The position numbers and the translations under genes are program-made. Positions 10,495 through 20,300 of a stretch of 64,000 bases of DNA are shown here, piece by piece. Origin of the DNA: Candidatus Bathyarchaeia archaeon (lineage in GTDB: Archaea > Thermoproteota > Bathyarchaeia > Bathyarchaeales > Bathycorpusculaceae); NCBI GenBank assembly GCA_049516875.1, contig JBEKSS010000010.1:1-64000 (forward strand). Direction: 5' to 3'. A model generated the notes under the pieces. It worked only from the letters and a program-made list of their open reading frames with translations, did not search any database and was not told the DNA's origin. Position 1 is the first letter of the stretch; every line of letters begins with the position of its first letter.

Positions 10495-10785
10495 ATGAGC
10501 AAACAAGAAGACCCTTTACTGAAGAAGCTAGACCTTTTGGCTGAAAAGCTTAACGTCTTAACGACTGTAATACTGCTCAAAGAGCATACTAAGAAAATTC
10601 TTGAAGGGAAGAAGACTCAAAAAGAACAAATCCAGACTCTCAAAAAATGGAAATTGCCAAATGAAGTAATCGCACTCATAATAGACACGACCCCAGATGT
10701 AATAGGCGTTAGAGCAAGTGAAATGAAAGTCAAAAAGACTCGCAAAGAGAAACAACCCAAACCAGAACAGAAGGTTACTCCATGA
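10495..10785 (+). CDS. Small coiled-coil/HTH-like protein (paralog 1)
   Basis: KTQKEQIQTLKKWKLPNEVIALIIDTTPDVIGV; overlaps the next gene by ATGA. Confidence 0.7.
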   Translation: MSKQEDPLLKKLDLLAEKLNVLTTVILLKEHTKKILEGKKTQKEQIQTLKKWKLPNEVIALIIDTTPDVIGVRASEMKVKKTRKEKQPKPEQKVTP

Positions 10786-11075
10786 GCAAAGACCAGAAAG
10801 AACTTCTTAAAAGACTTGATTCACTAAACAAAAACATTGAAATTCTTACGAAAGTCATTGCCGTCAACGTTGGAAAGGAAATATTGTTTAAAGAGAAGAA
10901 ACAGAAAGACCAAATCGCATTTCTGTCTGAGTTGGGACTGCCACGCAACATCATTGCATCAATGGTTGTGACAACACCGCTAACTGTTAGCGTCACAGTA
11001 AGCCAAAAAAAACCCAAACAGAAGACCGCTCCAGAGAAAGCGAAAATCGATACGAAGACAGAGACTCCCAAATAG
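10782..11075 (+). CDS. Small coiled-coil/HTH-like protein (paralog 2)
   Basis: KKQKDQIAFLSELGLPRNIIASMVVTTPLTVSV, collinear with paralog 1. Confidence 0.7.
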   Translation: MSKDQKELLKRLDSLNKNIEILTKVIAVNVGKEILFKEKKQKDQIAFLSELGLPRNIIASMVVTTPLTVSVTVSQKKPKQKTAPEKAKIDTKTETPK

Positions 11076-11101
11076 GAAAAATCAGAGAAGTCTAGCGACA
11101 A

Positions 11102-11875
11102 TTGAACAGAATATTCAAAGAAATCTGCAAGAAGACACGGAAAACTGAGCCGAACATAAAAGATAGAACAATTTACAAGAGAATTGAGACGTTTCAGAGA
11201 AAACACGATATACTCACAACGACACTAGCACAAAACGCATATGCTTATGGTGCCATGGGCATCAACGTTCAAAAACTTGGGTTGAACGAGGAAGAAAAGG
11301 AAGAACTGCAAGAGTGGCTAGACAATAGAGCCAAACCATTTGCGCAAGAATTCAAACAAGAAAGAAAAGAAACTAAAATCCGTAAAATTCGCAAGAAAGT
11401 TGTTGATGAATTCAGTCTTCCATCTAATCTAGTAAATGATGCAAATAGAATGGCTGGCATCTACCAAGACTTGTATCTATTGGAGAATTTGGTCAGACAT
11501 GTGGTAATGACCATCTTGAGCAAAAAACATGGTAATGAGTGGTGGAAAAATCGTTCTGTTGTATCAAAGAAAATCGCTGATAAAGTCGAAGGTCGTAAGC
11601 AATTTGAGGGAGAAAATAGATGGGTTGCGAAAAGGGGTTCTCATGAGATTTTTTATACAGATTTTGCCGACCTTAGCAAAATCATTGCGGCAAATCCTAG
11701 AGAATTCAAAAAAGTCTTCGCAGACATGGAAATCGAGGCGGAACTAAGAAAACTGAAACCCTCAAGAAATATTATTGCCCATAACAACCTGCTACGCCCT
11801 AACGAAATCAAAAGAATACAACTAGGTCTCAACGAGTTGCAAGAACAGTTAAAGAATTATGCCGAGAAGAAGTAG
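11102..11875 (+). CDS. Swt1-like HEPN-domain protein
   Basis: LYLLENLVR...WW...YTDFADLSKII...SRNIIAHN (RxxxxH). Confidence 0.78.
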   Translation: MNRIFKEICKKTRKTEPNIKDRTIYKRIETFQRKHDILTTTLAQNAYAYGAMGINVQKLGLNEEEKEELQEWLDNRAKPFAQEFKQERKETKIRKIRKKVVDEFSLPSNLVNDANRMAGIYQDLYLLENLVRHVVMTILSKKHGNEWWKNRSVVSKKIADKVEGRKQFEGENRWVAKRGSHEIFYTDFADLSKIIAANPREFKKVFADMEIEAELRKLKPSRNIIAHNNLLRPNEIKRIQLGLNELQEQLKNYAEKK

Positions 11876-12253
11876 TAATTAGCGCGCGCCGCGCGAAGTC
11901 ATGCTTAACCATTACGCCGCGCTCGCATGATGCTCGCGCTCTAGCGCGCGCTAAGCTCGTGAGCCTCACGGCTCATTCGCACGTCACAAAATGCAACGTT
12001 CCATAACTCGATGAGCTAAAACTTAGCACAAGAAAAAATAGACAAACACACAAAATTAACCAAACACTTAAAACACACAACTTCAAACGCTCAATCTTAC
12101 ACAAACGCGCATCAATACCACAGAAACCAGCAACAACCCAATTACACGGCAAACAAACAACATCTCGCGCGCTTAGGATTTCTGTCTTTGAGGTTTTGCG
12201 GAAAAGTTATAGCTGAATCGAAGCAATCTTGGTGCGTTTGGGCTACCTTCCGT

Positions 12254-13087
12254 TCACGCTACTGTTTTTCCGAGTAGGTCTTTAGAAATTATGTGACCGT
12301 GACAATGGAAGACTCGGGCGAGGTATCTTTCTTCAAGCAAGTTCTTATCGTAGAGGCATAGCCCACAAACGTCAGAAACAAGTTGTCTGCCTAACGATTC
12401 ATCGTATTTCAATAACGCTTCACTTAATCCAGCATTGATGAAGTCAGTTACTTCACCAGCAACATGCACTCCCGTAAATCCAGCCTTCTTCTTCTCGTGA
12501 ATAAACATCTGCCCATTCATTGCGATTGTTTTGGCTTTGGCTCCTCCTTTTCTTAGATACCATTCATTAGCAGACATGATTGTAAATGCTTCCTTGCGTA
12601 GGCTGTCAAGGTCTATGCCATACTTTTGGATTTCTCGAATTTCCGAATCCAGTTTATCTTCGGAGACGAAATATACAGCCGCCTCACCCCTTGATAGTCC
12701 AGCTTTTAAGAACGGAAACGATATTTCGCGTTTGAAACCTTCATTGTCATACAAGGCTACAGCATGGGCCCCAATTGTCAGGCGTTCGGCATATCTCGAT
12801 GCTTCCTCTCCTCTTGAAGTCAGAAAGCGAAAATCATGAATCACATCAGCTAACAATTTTCCTCTATCCGTTAGGCGATATTTCTTTGTTGCAGGCTCAA
12901 GCTCAACGAATTTGCTCAGCGTTCTGAGATGATAACCAAATTTGCCATGATTACCATCACCACCAACCTTGTTCAACAGTTCCGTAAACGGCAAGTTCTC
13001 ATCGTGCAAACATTCTATGATTTTCCTATTCACAGGATGCGACATTGCCCTTTGAATTTGATAGTCCCAACTGTTGTTTCCATGCAT
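12254..13087 (-). CDS. Winged-HTH plus MEDS-domain sensor/regulator
   Basis: N-terminal SHPVNRKII...YHLRTL...YRLTDRG; C-terminal HAVALYD, FLKAGLSRGE, GLCLYD, HGHII typical of MEDS. Confidence 0.82.
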   Translation of the reverse strand: MHGNNSWDYQIQRAMSHPVNRKIIECLHDENLPFTELLNKVGGDGNHGKFGYHLRTLSKFVELEPATKKYRLTDRGKLLADVIHDFRFLTSRGEEASRYAERLTIGAHAVALYDNEGFKREISFPFLKAGLSRGEAAVYFVSEDKLDSEIREIQKYGIDLDSLRKEAFTIMSANEWYLRKGGAKAKTIAMNGQMFIHEKKKAGFTGVHVAGEVTDFINAGLSEALLKYDESLGRQLVSDVCGLCLYDKNLLEERYLARVFHCHGHIISKDLLGKTVA

Positions 13088-13570
13088 TCGCAGTCAATAC
13101 TAATTAGAACACATGCTAATTACTTATCCGTTTGGTGAAGAATGTTTCACCTATCGAGAAAGAGAAAGGCACGAAGACCTACGAAGAATACGGATGGCAT
13201 CATGTAGAATAGAAGACACTTCTATCAGTCCTTTTGAGCCAGTTTGACTTGTCTATTCATTAGAAGAAAACGGCCATGTGAAGACGGAATTCGGGAGAAA
13301 TCTCCCACACCTTAGCTTTTTGCACTATCGTTTGCAGTTGTATTCTTGTGCTACTCTTTCGACATAATGTTGATAGCTAGTTAGACAATGACTAGCTATT
13401 TCTTCCCTCTTTTTCTATCCATTCCCATACGTGACAAGGCCTACTCCATGGGAAAACCATAGAAACACACTTAATCTATTGCACACAAACGGTACTCATA
13501 ATACTGCAATCCGTGAATTAACAAGCTTTTTCGTTTGTTTAGCTTGAAATATTTAAGTCCGAAAAGTGAA

Positions 13571-13720
13571 TTATTTAAGCGCGCGAACCACGTTCAGTTC
13601 TTTTCGCAAGCGTTCCTGTTCCTTTTCGCTTTCTATGATTTCTTTGTTTTTAGCCTCTATCAATTCATGATAGTGCTGTTTCAATAGTACCTTCTGTGCG
13701 TCGTCCACTTCGATGCTCAA
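13571..13720 (-). CDS. 49-aa coiled-coil microprotein, not in the ORF track
   Basis: TTG start after GGATGTGAG; MSIEVDDAQKVLLKQHYHELIEAKNKEIIESEKEQERLRKELNVVRALK. Confidence 0.5.
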   Translation of the reverse strand: MSIEVDDAQKVLLKQHYHELIEAKNKEIIESEKEQERLRKELNVVRALK

Positions 13721-13902
13721 AATCTCACATCCGAGTAACTAACTGGATGTTGATCGATTCTTAAAAAGAATATGCAAAAGCGTACAACAGAAAAACAGAG
13801 AAAATCGACAAAAAGCATTTCATTAATGACAAGTACGTAATGGTAAGACCGAGACAAATCTTAAATGTGCAGAGCAACAGAAGACAAACTAGGGGTTCAA
13901 AA

Positions 13903-14463
13903 ATGAGTGAAACAAAAGTCGATGAAACAAAACCAAACGAAACGAAGCCAAAGAAGTTTGTAAGACGAAGCGTTGCCATAGGACTCGGAGTAGTAATCAC
14001 TATCGTTGCTATCGTAGTAATCTTAATAATCGGTGTTATTCCTACAATGAACAAATTATCAAAGAGCAATATGGCTTCAACTCTACTTAATGTTCAGATG
14101 CAACCTCTAAGTGAATTATACACACCTTCACATAACGTAACCACATGGATACCGCCTTACTATAATGCGACTACATGGGAATGGTATGGCGGCTATTACA
14201 AAGTTACGGGTTTTGTACCCGCACAAGTTGTCATTTTTGGAACCGCATGGAACATTGGAACTGAAACCGCTTATAATTGTCAAGTTCACGTAGTCGGCTA
14301 TTACGAGGGTGGAGTTGTTGCTTTAGATACTTATATCAACATTGGATTGGGAACTCAAAGCGTAATTTATGTTAATGGACAAATGCCAATAGATACAACA
14401 ATAAATTGTTCAGATGGGATTGTAAACTGGATAACAACACCAATTTGCACTAACACTCCATAA
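13903..14463 (+). CDS. Single-pass membrane-anchored hypothetical protein
   Basis: Basic N-terminus, one hydrophobic helix, beta-rich C-terminal domain. Likely start MSETK. Confidence 0.7.
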   Translation: MSETKVDETKPNETKPKKFVRRSVAIGLGVVITIVAIVVILIIGVIPTMNKLSKSNMASTLLNVQMQPLSELYTPSHNVTTWIPPYYNATTWEWYGGYYKVTGFVPAQVVIFGTAWNIGTETAYNCQVHVVGYYEGGVVALDTYINIGLGTQSVIYVNGQMPIDTTINCSDGIVNWITTPICTNTP

Positions 14464-14903
14464 TTCCACGCTTACCTCTTAGCGCGCGCGCTTTTTCTAG
14501 GACTCGCGGTAATAGTTTTCGAAGCTCGATGATTCAAAGTAAGAGTTTCGCTAATTCGGAAAAAGCCACACTAAATAACACTTTCAGTAATGTATTAGGT
14601 TTCAGTCAAGGGTAGCATAAACCAATACCGTCTTTAACAACATCCAGCGCGCACCACACTTAGAACTCAACACTAAGTGAAGACGACAACGCAGAACGGA
14701 TGAACCCGCTAGGGCATCCTTGATACATACACGATGTATTCAGCCACAAGCTCCAGCATGGAATAAGCAAAACAAAATCCTCGGAGACATAAGCCTTTCT
14801 CCTTCGGAGCCTTCCTTCAGGAAACGTGAAAAGGCATATTGTCTCCTCGTCCACAAAACGACGAAATTATGAAGTTCGATGATTAGAAATAGGAGGTGAA
14901 AAA

Positions 14904-15050
14904 ATGCAAAACCAAAACACAAAACAAAGCCTAAAACAAACAGCTATAACCGAAAGCAAGCAAGAAACAAGCATACAAGATAATAAGAAATTACTAAGAC
15001 GTAGAGGCTGGTATACTAAACCAAGCTATACGACGACCCCACATTACTAG
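14904..15050 (+). CDS. Integrase N-terminal fragment (IntN), 48 aa, not in the ORF track
   Basis: RBS AGGAGGTGA at 14891. MQNQNTKQ...LLRRRGWYTKP reads the att core in the same frame as GWYTKP in IntC. Confidence 0.82.
   Translation: MQNQNTKQSLKQTAITESKQETSIQDNKKLLRRRGWYTKPSYTTTPHY
15005..15040 (-). repeat. Right att: intron-less 5' half of tRNA-Pro
   Basis: Minus strand GGGGTCGTCGTATAGCTTGGTTTAGTATACCAGCCT, ending at the anticodon loop. Confidence 0.9.
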
Positions 15051-15320
15051 TTTACGACCATCTGACGAAGGCGAAATTATTACTACGCTAATCAAACTTA
15101 AAGGTTCTGGACTTGCGGAGAGTGCACTGAAATCATTTCTTGGCCTCTGTCTTTCCTAGCAAAGGATTGAAGTTTGGACAACCCGCTAGAATTAGCTGAC
15201 TTCATGGCTAACATGAAAGGTTCTAACAGTCACAGAGACTGTGCGCACGCTCCGCTCTATAGTCAAGACTAAGCAAACAGCAGTAATCAAAACCATAGAA
15301 GAGGCCACCGATGCATTGGC
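15025..15320 (+). pseudogene. Decayed, internally deleted IntC of an older related element
   Basis: AIRRPHITSLRPSDEGEIITTLIKLKGSGLAESALKSF, then a frameshift to FLAKD*SLDNPLELADFMANMKGSNSH, then IKTIEEATDAL. These segments match the N- and C-terminal parts of the IntC at 8648-9610. Confidence 0.7.
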
Positions 15321-15387
15321 GCGAGCAAAGTGAACCTCTTAATGGCAACACATGTTTGACGCAGAATGAGTCTGTTCAGCAGGCTCC

Positions 15388-17217
15388 TCAAACGGATGGT
15401 TTTTCCAGAATCAGGACAGATTCATACCGTATCATGCCTGTCTGACTTTTTTCAAGCTCTCTAATGATAGTCCTGTCCTCTTTGAAACCTAGCATCAAAG
15501 CCATTTCCTTCAAGAGTTCATCATTCTTGACAACTGCATAGTTTCCGTCAAGTTTGTAATGATTGTTGCCTATTATGATCACGCATTTGGAAGAGCGTTT
15601 GAGTACACGGTACATTTCCTTCAAGGCAACACACATATCCTTGAAGAATTTGTAGGTCCTCAGAGCTTCCTTCGTCCGTCCATACCTAATCATAGTGGAT
15701 ATCGTGTCTTTAGCATCTTGAGGCAGATTCGCATATTCGGGGCTATTGTCTCTTATTTCGTTCGGAAGAGATCGCGAGTAGACCTTGAACCGCGGGTTGC
15801 CAATCATGTTTGCTTCTAGCTGAGGAATGTCTGCCAGTTCTAGTAACGTAAGCTGTGGATAATCGTTCATGACATAGTCTAATGCCGTGCTATACGGAGG
15901 GGAGTTCACTATGGCATCGATGCTTTCGCTTTCAACCATTCTCATATCTCTTGTGTCGTCAGCATGAGTTGTAGATTTTCCTAATCTTATCCTCATTACA
16001 TCGTTTAGTTTGTCGAAGATATAGAGTCTCAAGTAAAGGTTCTTCAGTCTGTCTTGAAGCACGTCCAGAAACTTGCCGTTGCGTCTTCTCGCCAAATCTG
16101 ATATTGCTCCACTGAGCGCCAGTAGAAGGAAGTCGCGGATTTTCTCATTCTTCACTTTCTTAACGAGTTCATGCGCAAGGATAACGTGATCGACTGTTTT
16201 GGGTTCGCTGAAGAGAGACATGACTCTGGCTGGTATGCTGTGCTTTCTCCTTTCAAGGGTCTCCTTGTCGTAGTTTGAGGGAACAAGCAATGCGGGACTT
16301 GATGATTGAGTTTCATAGCGCATAAGATTGCTGCGAAGATCCTGCAAATAGCTGTCAATGCCTTTCTTCAATTCGTCCACAGCGATATTGAGTGAACCAC
16401 ATTTGACGTTGCACATTAGCGCGGAAAGAGGATTAATCTCAATTCCCGTGCTGTCAAGCCCCATCAAAGTAGCTTCAACCAGAAGAGTTCCACATCCCGC
16501 AAAATTGTCCATAACCTTTCCCGTCGGTTGAGGGAAAGCGTAATTTAGAAGGGCCCTGACCATCTTCGGATGAAATTTGCCTTTGTACGGGTGCATGTAG
16601 TGAGTCAAATATAATGATGGTTCCTCTCTGATTGTGAAATAATCTTCCAACCTCTTTCCTATTTGCATCGTTTCCGTCGCGGGGATTCTGTGGAGTTTTT
16701 CAGTCAAGAATGAGAAGAGAGATTCAACATTGTTTGAGGCTTCTTCCTCATTTCTACTGAGCTTGGAGATGTACTGGGATTTTTCAAGAAAGTACTGATT
16801 GGTGATAAATCTCAGCAAAACATAACCGTTGCTGCCGAAATACTCAACGTTCTTCCTTTCCACTCCCCCGGGAAGCATTCGTTGCAAAACAACCTGTGGA
16901 TTACTGGATTCAGTGACCGCGAAGAATTCCCTGGTGTAGGCCAAACGCATGACCAAGTTTGATACATCGCGTATTCCATCTGTTCTTGCGAGAAATCCCT
17001 GACATTCCCCGTACGGAAGCTCATGCGCGAAGAAATCTTGCACTCTCGCGTCGCCGCTTCTGAAATTGTTGAAAGGGGTAGTATCCAAAACGTCGGAGAA
17101 ATTCTTTACTGGACTGACATTCGCGAATAGACTGGTCAGTTCCAGCTGGGCGAACGTGGTCTCATGTTTTTCCTTTATGCTGTTAAACAGCTTGAAGTAC
17201 CAGTACACTTCCAGCAT
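15388..17217 (-). CDS. Amino (N4-C/N6-A) DNA methyltransferase with N-terminal extension
   Basis: HPYKGKFHP, DNFAGCGT (motif I) and NSPPY (motif IV). RBS GGAGGTG precedes the ATG at 17217. Confidence 0.88.
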   Translation of the reverse strand: MLEVYWYFKLFNSIKEKHETTFAQLELTSLFANVSPVKNFSDVLDTTPFNNFRSGDARVQDFFAHELPYGECQGFLARTDGIRDVSNLVMRLAYTREFFAVTESSNPQVVLQRMLPGGVERKNVEYFGSNGYVLLRFITNQYFLEKSQYISKLSRNEEEASNNVESLFSFLTEKLHRIPATETMQIGKRLEDYFTIREEPSLYLTHYMHPYKGKFHPKMVRALLNYAFPQPTGKVMDNFAGCGTLLVEATLMGLDSTGIEINPLSALMCNVKCGSLNIAVDELKKGIDSYLQDLRSNLMRYETQSSSPALLVPSNYDKETLERRKHSIPARVMSLFSEPKTVDHVILAHELVKKVKNEKIRDFLLLALSGAISDLARRRNGKFLDVLQDRLKNLYLRLYIFDKLNDVMRIRLGKSTTHADDTRDMRMVESESIDAIVNSPPYSTALDYVMNDYPQLTLLELADIPQLEANMIGNPRFKVYSRSLPNEIRDNSPEYANLPQDAKDTISTMIRYGRTKEALRTYKFFKDMCVALKEMYRVLKRSSKCVIIIGNNHYKLDGNYAVVKNDELLKEMALMLGFKEDRTIIRELEKSQTGMIRYESVLILEKPSV

Positions 17218-17391
17218 TATCACCTCCAGCACTCTTTGGCACGTGCAACAGGTTCTGAACGTTCTCTCCAGCGCAGATACTCTGGTCTGACTAATATAAG
17301 ATTCATCTTTTGCCACGAGGCTGATGTTTGAGTGGTTGCTTGCCTGGAGGCTGAGACTAAGAACCAGAGGCGGGGGTGTTCGAAAAAAGGG

Positions 17392-20300
17392 TTATTCGCG
17401 TTGGTTGAAGAAGTAGACGGCTACTGCTATGTCCTTCATGTTGCAGAGGCCATCGTTGTTTACATCCGCGTTGGGCATCCAATTCGGCGAACTCGGCTTA
17501 GTGTTGAACAAGCTGACCAGGTAGGCGACGTCCTTCATGTTCGTGATTCCGTCGTACACTCCAGGAGTCGTGCCAGAAACGTCGCCTGGGACGCCCACGT
17601 GAACTGGAACATTGAACACGTAGTTATTGTCCGCCGTCAGGGTTTCGTCTGGAACAACGTCTGCCACAGAGTCTACAGTGTAGTTGCCGTAGAGAAGTCC
17701 TGTGGTGTCCCAAGTAAAGTTGATCTCAGTGGAACTCCTGTCCGCAAGAACAACTTGTTGCAAGTCAATCCTTAACTGGCTGACCCAGATTGCCATGTTG
17801 AAGGTTTCACCGCACAAGCCGTAATCCACGATTATCAGGGTGATGTTGCAGCAGTAGCCTCTGCCGACGACGGTCTTGCCCAAGGCTACATAAGCGATGC
17901 CGACGTTGTGCAGTTGGAACGGTTTCGCTAGCGGATAATTGTCCTTGTTGTTGACGGCAACAGTGTACGGCGTGTCGACTATGCCGTCGCTGACGCCCAA
18001 AATGTTCTGGTTGGGGCCACTGTTCTTGTCCGGGCCAGTCCACGTGCTCCAATAGTTTCCGCCTGAGGGATAGCCGTTGTCCCACGTGTTCCCGGGTGAC
18101 GTTGAAGCTGAGAGTTGGAAGGCGATGGTGTTATCCATGAAGTCGTTGTGGTAGATGGCGTTGTTGTTGGAATTCACGATGGTAATGCCCAGCTGATTCT
18201 CGGTTATCATGTTTTCACATATCGTGTTTCCGCTCGTCTCTATTCTTAGGCCTATGGAGCTGAGGCTGATGATGTTCTGCGAGATGACGTTGCTGCTCGA
18301 CGAAGAGGTCACGTCGACGGCAACAGCGTCTTGTTCGAACATGTTGCCGCAAACCTGGTTGCTGACGGCGCCGGTTCCCTGAAGGACAACGCCGTTGTTG
18401 TTGATAAGAGACATTATGTTATCATAGATTTGGCAGCTGGCAGCATCCTGAACGATTATACCTTGATCCCAACTGGTTATCGTTATCCCGGCAATTATCG
18501 ACCCAGAGCCACTGGACACTATTGTTATAGCGATTCCGCTTCCGCCGCCGTTGAAGATTGGTTCACTTCCAGGCTTTCCGATAAGCGTTATCGTCTTGTT
18601 GATTATAATGGACTCGTGGTAGACGCCCGGGGCAATCCATATCGTAGCTCCTGGAGCTGCCGCATTTATCGCTGCCTGTACAGTGCCGTAGTCTTCCGGG
18701 ACACGAATGACGTTTCCAAACGCATACATCTTGCCATTGTCTGAGCCTATGAAAACCAAGCCGTCGGCGACCGCCGGAGAAGATTGCACATTTTCTCCAG
18801 TCCCGTAACTCCAAACTTGAGAACCGGTTGAGGCGTTAAAACAGTGGACTAGACTCATACTCCCATTCCAATCTCCCACATAGACCTTGCCATCAGCGAC
18901 AGCTGGTGAAGACGTGAAATTGCACACTGCGTGGTAATCCCACACGTGTGCTCCAGACATGGCGTCCAAACAGTACAGTCTTCCGCTAAGTGATGCAACG
19001 TAGACCTTGCCATCAGCAACGGCGGGCGAGGATGTTACATGACCTGTCGCATAGGTCCATGAAACCGATCCATTGTAGGCATTCATGCAGTAGAGCTTGC
19101 CATCGTCCGATCCAACGTAGACTTTGCCATTAACAGCGGCGGGAGAAGAGTCAACATAGGCTCCTATCGTACGGTTCCACACTAGCGATCCGGATAACGC
19201 GTCCAGACAGAAGATATTGCCGTCCCCGGATGTACAGTAAACATTACCACTATAGATTGCCGGAGAAGAATTAAAACTCCGTCCCCGAGTAAAGTTCCAA
19301 ATTTGCAGTCCTGTCGACGCGTCTAGACAGTACATTCTGTCGTCGTCGTCCGTTGACCCGAAGTATACCCTATTGTCCGATACTGTTGGGGAAGAAATGA
19401 TAGATCCTCCTGCCGCGGTGAAGTTCCAAACCTGGGCGCCTGACAGAGCATCAAGGCAGTAGAATAAACCGTCTTGAGACCCAACGTAGACCTTGCCATT
19501 ACAGACAGCTGGAGAAGATGTAACCAAATACCCGGTCGTGTAGTTCCACAAAAGCGTCCCGTTGTTGGCGTCGAAGCAGTAAACTCTGTGATCATTCGAT
19601 CCGACGTACACTCTGCCATCTACAACTGCAGGGGAGGAAGCCACGGCGTCTCCAGTAGTGAAGTCCCACTGCGTTCTGTTCGTCTCTGGAGCTGGCCCAT
19701 CACCACATCCCGTGTGAGTGACATCGTGGTGGAACATGTCCCAAGAAAACCTCGAAGAAACAGAAGTGTTGCCTTTCCATTCACTGTAGAAGTAGTCTAT
19801 GGAGAACCATTCGTCGTTCAGCGTGTTGGAGTGCCAGCCTTGCACCCAGTCCCTTTGGAACCTGTACCCCAAGGGTTGATACGTTGGAACACTGGGACAA
19901 TCGTCATGGTAAACGCTCTGCAATTGATAGTATATCTGTCTTCTTGCAGTCTCATTCATCGTGCTAATTCCCTGCTCAACCAGCGAATCAATCGTACTGT
20001 TGGAATACGATTGCATAGGAGCAAAGGTCCCATAAGGACTCACAGAGTACATGAATCCCTCCGCGAAATCGTCAGGATCTGGAAAGTCAGCCAACCACCC
20101 TATATCAAAAATAGGAAGGCGCGAATTCACCGCGTTGTTTCTATAATCAGGCCAATCCAAGGGCTGTATTTGAATATGGAATTTGGGATTCAGTGATTCA
20201 ACTTCCGCCTTCATGATTTCACAAGCTTTTTGCCGAACGGCGCTGCCAACCTGGGCAAGCACATTGTACGCATTGTAGCACATTGTGAAGTTAAAGCCGT

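Larger units (their letters stand above)
8647..15023. mobile_element. Integrated element in tRNA-Pro with SSV-type split integrase; predicted excised circle 6358 bp
   Basis: 19-bp direct repeat AGGCTGGTATACTAAACCA at 8647-8665 and 15005-15023, plus a second 18-bp block at 8710-8727 and 15024-15041. Integrase halves lie at the two ends. Confidence 0.9.

Noticed and set aside
14660-14922. Short minus-strand ORFs upstream of IntN
   Set aside because: No motifs or RBS; they overlap the presumed IntN upstream region.
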